A DNA stretch of 64,000 bases from a virus: the IMG/VR virus record IMGVR_UViG_3300009285_000003, positions 1 through 64,000 of that record; one strand, 5' to 3'. The translations under genes and the position numbers were made by a program. Positions 42,978 to 51,337 of this stretch are shown piece after piece; position 1 is the stretch's first letter; every line of letters begins with the position of its first letter. Under the pieces are notes generated by a model. The model made no database searches and had not been told where the DNA came from. It worked only from the letters and a program-made list of their open reading frames with translations.

Positions 42978-43175
42978 TTAACTTCTCCCGTTCCAGTCAC
43001 CAAAGTAGTCACAGGCGCTATTGCACTTCGGGTCGCCCTGATAGTGGATATGGATGGACCGAGCGCCAATTTGGTCAAAGGTGAAGTCGATGAGGAAATT
43101 GGCCCAGGCTGCTTTGAGGCCCCATCCTCGATAATCAATCCAGAAAGTGCGGATATAGTCAATCATAGGTTTCAT
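42978..43175 (-). CDS. hypothetical protein
   Basis: ORF track, 65 aa. Confidence 0.5.
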   Translation of the reverse strand: MKPMIDYIRTFWIDYRGWGLKAAWANFLIDFTFDQIGARSIHIHYQGDPKCNSACDYFGDWNGRS

Positions 43176-43368
43176 CTCCTAATATTTTGGATTGCCACTT
43201 ATTGAGCCTAATCATTGGGTCTATTGTCACCAATTCCCAGGGGCACAGCCACATACAGGTACAAAAATCCCTACCAGTCTCATTAAGGTCAGTAGTGTGA
43301 GTATAGGGCAAACACTTCGCCATACCTGAAAAGATGACTGAGCATCTACCCCTCCAGACGTATTCCAT
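43159..43368 (-). CDS. hypothetical Cys-rich protein
   Basis: ORF track, 69 aa. Confidence 0.45.
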   Translation of the reverse strand: MEYVWRGRCSVIFSGMAKCLPYTHTTDLNETGRDFCTCMWLCPWELVTIDPMIRLNKWQSKILGDETYD

Positions 43369-43552
43369 CGGAGGGCTCCTCGATTAGCACATAATGACAG
43401 GTTCTACAACTATAGGCCGTACGAGATTCCATGGATCCGTGTCCATTGGGACAACCGTGATCTTCATCTGGGTCTAGACTGGTATGTGCCTTATAGAGAG
43501 ATTTCCAGTTAGGTGTGCGGTAGGGAGTAAAGGAAGAATCAGCCTTACACAT
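43346..43552 (-). CDS. hypothetical Cys/His-rich protein
   Basis: ORF track, 68 aa. Confidence 0.45.
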   Translation of the reverse strand: MCKADSSFTPYRTPNWKSLYKAHTSLDPDEDHGCPNGHGSMESRTAYSCRTCHYVLIEEPSDGIRLEG

Positions 43553-43554
43553 AT

Positions 43555-43872
43555 TTATTCCTCCTCGAATAGTCCAGAATTATCCCGAATAACCTGCCTG
43601 AGTCCAACAGAGAAGGGCCTAACGAAATCCTCATCGTCGTCCCCTCCCTTTTCAAGTCTAGTATTTAAGCCGGTGAACCACAAAATGCCATGGATGATCT
43701 CGTGCAGAAGGGATTCCTGTTTCTTAGCCTCAGCAATGGTTTCGAGTAGGTGAATCTCCAGGTGGACGAAATCTATCTCTGCTACTCTGCCTGTATCCTC
43801 CAGGCAGAAGTCCTCCTTCACTGCAAAATCAAAGGGACCTATACGAACTATTGATGGAATTTTGATCTTCAT
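43555..43872 (-). CDS. putative small zinc metallopeptidase (HExxH)
   Basis: ORF track, 105 aa. The motif LLHEIIHGI is present. Confidence 0.5.
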   Translation of the reverse strand: MKIKIPSIVRIGPFDFAVKEDFCLEDTGRVAEIDFVHLEIHLLETIAEAKKQESLLHEIIHGILWFTGLNTRLEKGGDDDEDFVRPFSVGLRQVIRDNSGLFEEE

Positions 43873-43922
43873 ACTTGCAGTGTATACTTATCTCAGAGAT
43901 AAATCAACAGGAGGATAACGCC

Positions 43923-44612
43923 ATGACAACGGGTAAGGCGTATACGTTTCCAGGCGAACCTAATACGGACATGCTCCCAGTTCAGGATGGGGCAACTGCT
44001 ACGGCGGCAGTGCTTCGAGGTGGAGGCACGTCTACCACTCAGTTGACAACGGCTACAGCAGACAAGAACTTCTTCGGCTACTGGACCTCCAGCACGGCAA
44101 CCAGTGGTGATTCTCGGGGCATCTACTGGCGGCACTATATCAAGGGTGCTGGTGGGGCAGGTGAGGCCGGTCGGTTCTATACCACGGTCTCGGTTGCCGC
44201 TGGGTCTGGTGGCACGGTCAACGGCGCGCACATTTCCATCAGCTTTGCGACTGGCGGATCGGCTCCAGGCGCTTCCAATGCACTGAGGGCTACGTACGAT
44301 ATGGCAGCCTCGGTGGCTCCCGGTGGGACCCCGGCAGTTATTCAGGCGGACTCTAACTTTGGTGCCTCGGCTACAGTCCCGGCAACGATGGCTTTCTTCC
44401 ATCTGGACAACGTTGGTACTGCACCTACGACTAACGGTGTGCCGCTCTTGTTCAACATCCTGAACCCGGACACGACTACGTTCTTCACGGCGGCTGGGAC
44501 GGGTACGAACAGTGCCGGCGTTTCCACGGGCGGTGTGGCGAGCAAGGCGCTCAAGTGCTCTGTTGGTGGGACAGCCTACTGGCTACCGCTGTTTAGCTCC
44601 AACGCCAGTTAG
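43923..44612 (+). CDS. Thr/Ala/Gly-rich protein in a G+C-rich patch (possible virion protein)
   Basis: The ORF track gives 43875-44612. ATG 43923 is preceded by AGGAGGA. The C-terminus ...ALKCSVGGTAYWLPLFS looks structural. Confidence 0.55.
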   Translation: MTTGKAYTFPGEPNTDMLPVQDGATATAAVLRGGGTSTTQLTTATADKNFFGYWTSSTATSGDSRGIYWRHYIKGAGGAGEAGRFYTTVSVAAGSGGTVNGAHISISFATGGSAPGASNALRATYDMAASVAPGGTPAVIQADSNFGASATVPATMAFFHLDNVGTAPTTNGVPLLFNILNPDTTTFFTAAGTGTNSAGVSTGGVASKALKCSVGGTAYWLPLFSSNAS

Positions 44613-44623
44613 GAGTAAGGACA

Positions 44624-44773
44624 GTGGCTAAGACTCTTGAGGACGTAAAGGAAAAGGTGATCAAGCTCCTCTGGGACCTCCTGGAGGAGCTTGAGACCAT
44701 GGAAGACGCTTATCAGATGAAGGCCGAGGTTATGAAGTCGGTCATGTCATCGGTGAAGCAACTGGAAGAATAG
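44624..44773 (+). CDS. small coiled-coil protein, 49 aa
   Basis: GTG start preceded by AGGAGTAAGG. The sequence starts VAKTLEDVKEKVIKLLWDLLEELETMEDAYQ... Confidence 0.45.
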   Translation: MAKTLEDVKEKVIKLLWDLLEELETMEDAYQMKAEVMKSVMSSVKQLEE

Positions 44774-44838
44774 TAGGCATTTGGGGTACAATAGGGGTAG
44801 GGTAAGAACCTGCCCCTATTACTTTATGGGAGAAAGAA

Positions 44839-45162
44839 GTGGAACTCAGGGAATTCATTACAAATGGGATCAACGATCTCACCAAGCAGATTGTGGAGAC
44901 TCAGGACAAGCTGTCACAGTTGTTTGGTGGTCGGTTTGCTCTTGAGCAGATGTTGAACGCCCTCAATGATGGAGTATTTAATGGTAATCCAGAACACGAG
45001 ACTCCTGGCATTGAGATAGGAGACCTCATGCAGCGAATAGCTGCAGGGGAAGATATTCCAGATAATGTGACTTCTATACACAGAGGAAAGAGGAAGAAAG
45101 ATGGCAGCGAAGAAACCGGCGATGCCAATGAAGGGAATGATCCCGAAGGGGATGCCAACTAA
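44839..45162 (+). CDS. hypothetical protein
   Basis: ORF track, 107 aa, GTG start. Confidence 0.55.
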   Translation: MELREFITNGINDLTKQIVETQDKLSQLFGGRFALEQMLNALNDGVFNGNPEHETPGIEIGDLMQRIAAGEDIPDNVTSIHRGKRKKDGSEETGDANEGNDPEGDAN

Positions 45163-45214
45163 GGGGAAGTGCCCCAAGTGTGGTATGCCCATGGCTAAGT
45201 GTAAGTGTAAGTAG
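45101..45214 (+). CDS. possible 37-aa basic Cys-containing peptide
   Basis: MAAKKPAMPMKGMIPKGMPTKGKCPKCGMPMAKCKCK. RBS AGGAAG lies upstream. It overlaps the end of 44839-45162. Confidence 0.3.
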   Translation: MAAKKPAMPMKGMIPKGMPTKGKCPKCGMPMAKCKCK

Positions 45215-45215
45215 C

Positions 45216-45362
45216 ATGGAAGAGGATGTCATGTGTGGAGACTGTGGACATACTAATCATGGTCCTACGTGTAGTAAGTGCCTAGGAAACCCTTTCCAGA
45301 GCCACATTGCTAACCATACGTATGTGCCCTGGTATATTAGACTTGCTGAGATGGCTAAGTAA
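45216..45362 (+). CDS. small zinc-ribbon protein, 48 aa
   Basis: This is the ORF-track frame 45180-45362. ATG 45216 starts MEEDVMCGDCGHTNHGPTCSKC. Confidence 0.45.
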   Translation: MEEDVMCGDCGHTNHGPTCSKCLGNPFQSHIANHTYVPWYIRLAEMAK

Positions 45363-45374
45363 AGGAGAAAGAAG

Positions 45375-45545
45375 ATGGCAGCAGCTAAGAAGCCTACAAA
45401 GAACCCCCCAAAAAAGACTGCAGGTGGCGAACAGCAGTGGAAGGATCCAAACTGGATAGATCCCAATACCCTTAGGGACTATCCCCCCAAGAAAGACTTG
45501 AAACACTACGATCAAAATTTGAAACGTAAGAAGGGGCCTAAGTAA
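45375..45545 (+). CDS. small basic protein, 56 aa
   Basis: TAAAGGAGAAAGAAG precedes ATG. The sequence starts MAAAKKPTKNPPKKTAGG... Confidence 0.45.
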   Translation: MAAAKKPTKNPPKKTAGGEQQWKDPNWIDPNTLRDYPPKKDLKHYDQNLKRKKGPK

Positions 45546-45557
45546 AGGAGAAGGAAG

Positions 45558-45758
45558 ATGGCAGAAATTGGAGGGCAGATGAATAGTGCTAATGCAGCCT
45601 GCACAGATGAGGCGCATTGCATGGAGAAGCAGGTGGGACATAGTTACCTTGATCCCTGGACCAGGAAGTTCCTGCAGAAGTTCGAGCACTACAAGCCTCA
45701 TGGCAGTAAGTATCTTGACCCCAGGATGAATAGGCAGGCTGAGGTGAATGATAAGTAA
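45558..45758 (+). CDS. hypothetical protein
   Basis: ORF track, 66 aa. TAAAGGAGAAGGAAG precedes ATG. Confidence 0.55.
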   Translation: MAEIGGQMNSANAACTDEAHCMEKQVGHSYLDPWTRKFLQKFEHYKPHGSKYLDPRMNRQAEVNDK

Positions 45759-46009
45759 TGGACGAGGAGTTTGACGACTCGGAGTCGGTCACTCCTAAGC
45801 TAACTCTTACTTTTGAGACTGGTTTGGTAGTGAGTGACTTCAACACCCTGGTCAACGAGGCCGGTATCTATGAGGGGCTTGCTGTGCAGCTACTGGAGAT
45901 TGCTTATCGCTACAGGGCAGAGAATCAGAAGCTCAACCAGGATAGGAGCTTCTTTGACCGCGAGATGCGGGCTCGTGATACACTTGAGAGAGAAATCAAG
46001 AAGGAGTAA
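45758..46009 (+). CDS. hypothetical protein
   Basis: ORF track, 83 aa. It has a TAATG overlap. Confidence 0.6.
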   Translation: MDEEFDDSESVTPKLTLTFETGLVVSDFNTLVNEAGIYEGLAVQLLEIAYRYRAENQKLNQDRSFFDREMRARDTLEREIKKE

Positions 46010-46014
46010 CAGCT

Positions 46015-46215
46015 ATGGCTGGTGAAGAGACTGGTTACAGAAGTCAGGATACGGGGGATGTTCTTGCCAAGGTTCGCACGATTCTTTCGGGCAAGCCAGT
46101 GCGACAGAGCGCCATTGAGAACTCGGCTGGTGACAAGGGCTTTGAGAAGGCTGGGGTTAATAAGGGCGTGGGTAATCATCACAGTGGCAGTGCTAAGGTG
46201 ACAAAGGTTCGCTAG
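46015..46215 (+). CDS. hypothetical protein
   Basis: ORF track, 66 aa. Confidence 0.55.
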   Translation: MAGEETGYRSQDTGDVLAKVRTILSGKPVRQSAIENSAGDKGFEKAGVNKGVGNHHSGSAKVTKVR

Positions 46216-46383
46216 ATGGCTGGTAAGTCAAAGGCCCATCCAGGGTTCCAAGCTGTGCAGAGGAAAATAGCTGCTCAGCAAGGAGTTCCGGCTGAAAATG
46301 CTGGAGCTATTTTGGCTGCCTCAACACGTGGGGCTAGTCCAGCAGCTAAGGCCAAGAACCCAAGGCTAAAAAGAGTTAAGTAA
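46216..46383 (+). CDS. small basic protein, 55 aa
   Basis: ATG directly follows the TAG. The sequence is MAGKSKAHPGFQAVQRKIAAQQGVPAENAGAILAASTRGASPAAKAKNPRLKRVK. Confidence 0.5.
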   Translation: MAGKSKAHPGFQAVQRKIAAQQGVPAENAGAILAASTRGASPAAKAKNPRLKRVK

Positions 46384-46404
46384 CTCCCTGCGACCTGGGA
46401 AAGT

Positions 46405-46430
46405 GGCGCTCTGGTAGCGCCGCTTTTCTA
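46405..46430 (+). terminator. rho-independent terminator
   Basis: GGCGCT-CTGGT-AGCGCC is followed by GCTTTTCTATTT. It lies 22 nt after the stop at 46383. Confidence 0.6.
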
Positions 46431-46498
46431 TTTATAGCAAGTTTAGTGAGTTTACCCCAGTTTATGCTCCGAGGCTAATTTCTTCATAAGTGAGGACT

Positions 46499-46552
46499 GA
46501 GGGGCTGTGAGTGATCAGAGGCACTCAACGGTCAGCATCCCTCTTTTGCTCC
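46499..46552 (+). repeat. dispersed element copy 5 (intergenic, upstream of the packaging genes)
   Basis: GGTCAGCATCCCTC lies at 46530-46543. The full match is GAGGGGCTGTGAGTGATCAGAGGCACTCAACGGTCAGCATCCCTCTTTTGCTCC. Confidence 0.8.
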
Positions 46553-46569
46553 AATGATAAACTTATCTT

Positions 46570-46809
46570 ATGAAGACAGCAACCTTTTACTGCCAGGAGT
46601 GTTCTACTTCCCGTCCTATAACCAGCAATCCGATGCACACTCTTCTAACAGACGAAGCAACAGAGGCTCGGAGACTGGGGGGGAGACCTTTATCTGTTCG
46701 CTGTCCTGAATGCAGCATCACCACACAAATAGTCCTTAGCGAAGCTACAATCTTCCAGCTACGAAAGGAGTGGAAATGGAAGCAGAAGAATTCCTCCCTC
46801 CCGAACTAG
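46570..46809 (+). CDS. zinc-ribbon protein
   Basis: ORF track, 79 aa. It contains CQEC...CPEC. Confidence 0.55.
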   Translation: MKTATFYCQECSTSRPITSNPMHTLLTDEATEARRLGGRPLSVRCPECSITTQIVLSEATIFQLRKEWKWKQKNSSLPN

Positions 46810-47504
46810 CTGAAAATACCATAAACGACGAAACAGTCACAGACAAATTAGGCAATGTGCGACCTCGCTGCAAAGGCTTCGCCCGTAAAACTAACCTCCG
46901 CTGTCGTGGTTGGGTCTGGGGCCAAACCGACTTCTGCCGCTTTCACGGCGGTACGCTTGTAGAGAGTAAAGCTGAAGCAGAGCTAATTCCTACTCCCTCT
47001 CGTCCAGATACAAACTTCAAAGAGTTCTTCACAGTCCGATTTAAGAAGTATATGGGCGTAATGAAGACTCATCGTCGCTATGAAGTAGATGAGCAGATAG
47101 CTTCCCTACGAGCAGCAGGAGACTGGTACGAAGAAGTGCTATTTGCTATAGGTGCTCCTTCTGTCAAAGATATTGAGAACTATTACTCTATCAAAGAGCG
47201 TGAGGTAGCTCTTATAGAGCGTATGACAAATATTGAATCTAAGAGGGCTTTTGCTATTACCCAACAGACAATGAGAGAACTCCTATTAGCCTTTGTAGGA
47301 GTAGTGAAGAAGAACATCAAACGTAGAGATGAGCAAATAGCCCTTCTACAGGATGCTAGGGCGTTATTCTCTGCTGACCGCCTTCTTATGTCTCCCATGC
47401 CAGAGGACCCCATAGAAGCCCAGTTTCAGATGATTAACAACGAAGCAGATAACATCTTGGACTACTCCACACCTGCGCAAATGCCGGAGATCATTGAGGA
47501 ATGA
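46776..47504 (+). CDS. putative terminase small subunit
   Basis: The ORF track gives 46770-47504. ATG 46776 follows GAAAGGAG. The N-terminus reads CKGFARKTNLRCRGWVWGQTDFCRFHGG. It is directly upstream of, and coupled to, terL. The call is mainly positional. Confidence 0.4.
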   Translation: MEAEEFLPPELAENTINDETVTDKLGNVRPRCKGFARKTNLRCRGWVWGQTDFCRFHGGTLVESKAEAELIPTPSRPDTNFKEFFTVRFKKYMGVMKTHRRYEVDEQIASLRAAGDWYEEVLFAIGAPSVKDIENYYSIKEREVALIERMTNIESKRAFAITQQTMRELLLAFVGVVKKNIKRRDEQIALLQDARALFSADRLLMSPMPEDPIEAQFQMINNEADNILDYSTPAQMPEIIEE

Positions 47505-49177
47505 TAGAACCTAAAACCAAGTACCCCCGTCCGGTAGCAGACCTGGCGGATGAGATATTTGGTCGTGCTATCGAAGAAACCTCTTTTGCACAGGCTTTGG
47601 ACCACAAAAGGTTTCAACCCCCTACTAAAGAGGAGAAGCTTAGCTTTTGCCGCTTTATGGGGTACGTCCCTCAAGAGGAGTGGGAGGCTTTGGGGAGACC
47701 AACATTTCCTCATCCTCTCCACAAGGGTCAGATGGATATGTTGGAGTGTGACGACCGCTTCATCATAGTCGGTGGCGGACGCCGTGGAGGGAAGACCCAT
47801 GGTGTTGCACTAATTGTCCTGTGTATTTTGCATCTACGCCCATACTCGACCATCTACAACGTTGGTCCTACTAAACTGCTCTTCCAGAAGGTTTACTACA
47901 AATGCTTAGAACTTCTGGATTCTAAGGGCATCAGATACAAGTCCCGCAAAGATCCCTACTGGGAAATAGAGCTTGAGAACCACTCCCTTCTGACTTCCAG
48001 GACTCTGGAGGAGCCTGGTCAGATGGTAGGAGACGCCCTAGACTTTGTGATTATTGACGAGGCCGCACAGGGCAACCGATCAGTCTGGGACCGTCGCCTT
48101 ATCCCATCCCTAGCCGACAAGCGGGGTGGGGGCATACTCATTGGTTCCTACGAAGGCAATAACTGGTATACGGAAATGGCTCAGGAAGTAGAGATTAAAC
48201 GTGCCTCTGGACAGGAAATACCCTGGGAATCTTCCTGGAGTCACTTTGAGTTTGCCTCCTGGGACAACGTGGCTATCTTCCCACTAGGATTTGAGGATCC
48301 GGTATTTCAGGCTGCTCTTCACGACGCTCTTGACCCCAATGATTTCTGGGAACAGTTCGCGTCCAGGCCTAAAGCAAATTACAACTTGGTATTTCCAGAG
48401 TTTGAGCGCTTTGTTCACACTACTACTAGAATAGGGTTCAACAAAGATCTACCTGTCTATATTGGTATCGACCCTGCAGGCTCAGACGCCTATGCGGTCA
48501 TAGCCTTCCAGGTAATTAAGAACTGTCCTTGTTGGTCCTGGTACGGAATTCCAGATACACCAGAACAGGAGCATGTGTGGGTCATAGACGAATTCTACAA
48601 GCGTAATGCTATTACAGAGATGGTCATAGACGATATAAAAATGCGACCTTGGTTCCCCAACCTTTCCAAACTTGGCTATGGAATTGTGGACGTAACTGAG
48701 TGGCAGGGTAGCGCCTACCGTTGGGGCAGGTCTGGAGTCAAGATCTACGTGGTCCAGAAGACTACCAAAGACTTCATCAAGAATTCGCTGGACTACTATC
48801 GTACCTGGCTACGAGACCCTATTCGTTATAAGTTTGAAATCAATCGACTATTGGTGGCTTTTGCCGAAAAGCAGGGTATGGAGGTTGACGCTATTCCAGT
48901 AGAGGAATACCGCATTATGCGCTCTCAAGTAGAGCAAGAGGTTCCTAAGGACATTCTGGTACGATGTAATAGGGTACACATCGACCCAGTAATGTGTCCT
49001 AATACCGTTTATGAACATGTGAACTATCAGTATGCAGAGGGAAAGAGAGGCGGAATTCTCAACGCTCCTGAGAAGCCAATGAATGCTTTTAACCACGCAA
49101 TTGACGCCACGGTATACTATTTCTGGCAGGCACAGAAATACGGTAAGCGTCCTCCATCAAAAAGGTATATAGAGTAG
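47501..49177 (+). CDS. terL: terminase large subunit
   Basis: ORF track, 558 aa. Walker A is GGGRRGGKTH and Walker B is DFVIIDEAAQ. It has an ATGA overlap with the upstream gene. Confidence 0.8.
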   Translation: MIEPKTKYPRPVADLADEIFGRAIEETSFAQALDHKRFQPPTKEEKLSFCRFMGYVPQEEWEALGRPTFPHPLHKGQMDMLECDDRFIIVGGGRRGGKTHGVALIVLCILHLRPYSTIYNVGPTKLLFQKVYYKCLELLDSKGIRYKSRKDPYWEIELENHSLLTSRTLEEPGQMVGDALDFVIIDEAAQGNRSVWDRRLIPSLADKRGGGILIGSYEGNNWYTEMAQEVEIKRASGQEIPWESSWSHFEFASWDNVAIFPLGFEDPVFQAALHDALDPNDFWEQFASRPKANYNLVFPEFERFVHTTTRIGFNKDLPVYIGIDPAGSDAYAVIAFQVIKNCPCWSWYGIPDTPEQEHVWVIDEFYKRNAITEMVIDDIKMRPWFPNLSKLGYGIVDVTEWQGSAYRWGRSGVKIYVVQKTTKDFIKNSLDYYRTWLRDPIRYKFEINRLLVAFAEKQGMEVDAIPVEEYRIMRSQVEQEVPKDILVRCNRVHIDPVMCPNTVYEHVNYQYAEGKRGGILNAPEKPMNAFNHAIDATVYYFWQAQKYGKRPPSKRYIE

Positions 49178-49180
49178 AGT

Positions 49181-51118
49181 ATGGCAAAAGACATTACCGT
49201 TACCCCTCAGCCCGTTCGTACTACTGGTACAGATGAGGCCAACTCGTTAATCCGGTTGGCTGTTCGTTTGCACTCCAAGCTTAAGGAGCAGATGAAAGAT
49301 GATGAGGGGCTCTTCAACCAGGAGTATGAGGCCATACCCCGCAGGAAACATTATAAGCCTGTTAAGACGGTAACTGCCAAGGCTGCTGCACTCAACATTG
49401 CCAATGCTATCACCCACAAGCTTCCAGACATTATTTGCCACCCTCGCTCAGATGAGGACGCTGCTCAGGCTGATGCAGAGACTAATACAAACTTCTTGAT
49501 TACTCTATGGGGGTATATGCAATCAAACAAAAAGCGTCCGGTGCTACGAGATGCTGCCTTGTTTGGAATTGTACGTGGGGCATTCATCTTCAAAACCACT
49601 TTAGACCAGAAGGCTATCAAGGACCAACCTACCGAACCTACTTCCCCTACAACCAGAGAATCAGACCTGATTGATAACCCCTCTGTTATGGACCAGCTAA
49701 AAGAAGAAGAAATTCTTGCAATCATGGCAGAGAATATCCAGTATCGACTGGACAAAGAAGCCTACGATAACAGGATGAAAGCCTGGAAGGCTAAGTATGA
49801 TAATAAGGTACTTATCAGTGTTCAGGCTCGTGACCCCAAATTTGTGTATTGGGACCCTGTAGACGAGGACCCAGAGTGGGTAGTTGAAATCTATCCTCGT
49901 GCTTGGTATGACGTGAAGCGCCAGTGGAAGAACAAGTTAGGCGACTTCCGACCGTCAGGGACTTCTCCTCTCCCCGGATTCCAGGATTCAGAGACAGTCT
50001 GGTTCACTGAAATATGGAAAGAGGATAAGTACTGGCTTGGGGTATCCAACGATGCGTCTCATAATTTTGTCCCTGTGCAAGGCTGGACCAAACATAACTA
50101 TGGATTCATACCTTATGCCATTACTGGGGCACTTACTTCTCCCTTCCATGAACTGGAGAGACAGTATGAATCCATCTATGCAGGCTACCACGACCTGCTC
50201 AACTACGAATACCGCCTAAAGAATCAGGTAGCTGAGTATATTCAGAAGGTTACTCAGGCTAACATTGTGGCCAAGATGAACTCGCCCGAACCTATTGATG
50301 AGGCCCTGGAAACAGGAACTATCATCCAGCTTGGTCCACAGGATGAACTTTCGTATATGGAACCGGGTGGAGGCTCCTACCAAATACTCTCGGACATGGA
50401 AGAATCCATCAGAGGAGAGCTTTCTGGAAGGCTAATGGTACCAGAAGTCCTGCTTGGACGTACTCGCTCTCGTTCTGGGTATGGTACTCAGGTACAGGCA
50501 CAACTAGCCTCTCAGACCCTTCTGCCTTTTACTACGGGTCTGAGTCTGGCTATCCAGAAGGCTAATGAGCACATTCTTCGTCTGGTTGAGATGCTCCCAG
50601 GTAAGACTTATGTGTGGGGCAAGTGGAATGAATATGGTGAAGCCTTTGCATCCAAGTCTACGATTCGTGGTTTCTACCAGAATGAGGTTGAAGTCGGAAT
50701 TGAACTACCTTCTGAGAAGGCCCAGAACTCACAGAATGAAATCAACCTCTGGAAGGCTGGACTGAAGTCGAAGAGGGCAGCAGCTAAGGATGCTGGAGTG
50801 CGGAACCCTCGTAAGGAACAACTTCTCTGGATGGCTGAGCAGGTGCAGCAGAGTCCTCAATTCATTCAGGCTATGGGGTTGGTTGCAGCCAGAGAAATCT
50901 TCAAGATACCCTTCCCTGATGAAATTGCTGCAGCAGAGGGACAGGGGGGTGGTCAGGAAGAGGCTGGGCCTCCTGGTGGGGCAGTTATGCCAGGTCCTCC
51001 TGGACAACCTGGGCTTTACCCACAGGCTCCTCCTGGCTCTCCTCAGGAAGGGCAGATGATGCAGCAACAGGCTATGAATCAACAGGGTAGGCAGAAACAG
51101 CCTATGAGGAGAAGGTAA
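49181..51118 (+). CDS. putative portal protein with Gln/Pro/Met-rich basic C-terminal tail
   Basis: ORF track, 645 aa. It starts 3 nt after terL. The call rests on size and position; I recognised no motif by eye. Confidence 0.6.
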   Translation: MAKDITVTPQPVRTTGTDEANSLIRLAVRLHSKLKEQMKDDEGLFNQEYEAIPRRKHYKPVKTVTAKAAALNIANAITHKLPDIICHPRSDEDAAQADAETNTNFLITLWGYMQSNKKRPVLRDAALFGIVRGAFIFKTTLDQKAIKDQPTEPTSPTTRESDLIDNPSVMDQLKEEEILAIMAENIQYRLDKEAYDNRMKAWKAKYDNKVLISVQARDPKFVYWDPVDEDPEWVVEIYPRAWYDVKRQWKNKLGDFRPSGTSPLPGFQDSETVWFTEIWKEDKYWLGVSNDASHNFVPVQGWTKHNYGFIPYAITGALTSPFHELERQYESIYAGYHDLLNYEYRLKNQVAEYIQKVTQANIVAKMNSPEPIDEALETGTIIQLGPQDELSYMEPGGGSYQILSDMEESIRGELSGRLMVPEVLLGRTRSRSGYGTQVQAQLASQTLLPFTTGLSLAIQKANEHILRLVEMLPGKTYVWGKWNEYGEAFASKSTIRGFYQNEVEVGIELPSEKAQNSQNEINLWKAGLKSKRAAAKDAGVRNPRKEQLLWMAEQVQQSPQFIQAMGLVAAREIFKIPFPDEIAAAEGQGGGQEEAGPPGGAVMPGPPGQPGLYPQAPPGSPQEGQMMQQQAMNQQGRQKQPMRRR

Positions 51119-51303
51119 TGGCTAGACGAGGAAGGGGGAAGAGGTCCTTCCCCACCATCCAACTACTGGTTGACGATAAACTAACAGTACAGCCCTCTGT
51201 TAATCCTGGGACTTACCCAAAGGAAATACAGAGGATATTGGGCCAGGTACAGAAAGACACTGAATCCGTATTGAAGCACCTCAAGAGGGAGTTCAATCGT
51301 TAG
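51118..51303 (+). CDS. hypothetical small basic protein
   Basis: ORF track, 61 aa. It has a TAATG overlap with the portal stop. Confidence 0.5.
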   Translation: MARRGRGKRSFPTIQLLVDDKLTVQPSVNPGTYPKEIQRILGQVQKDTESVLKHLKREFNR

Positions 51304-51337
51304 CCTATAATTGAGGTAGTTAACAAGGAGAAACCTT

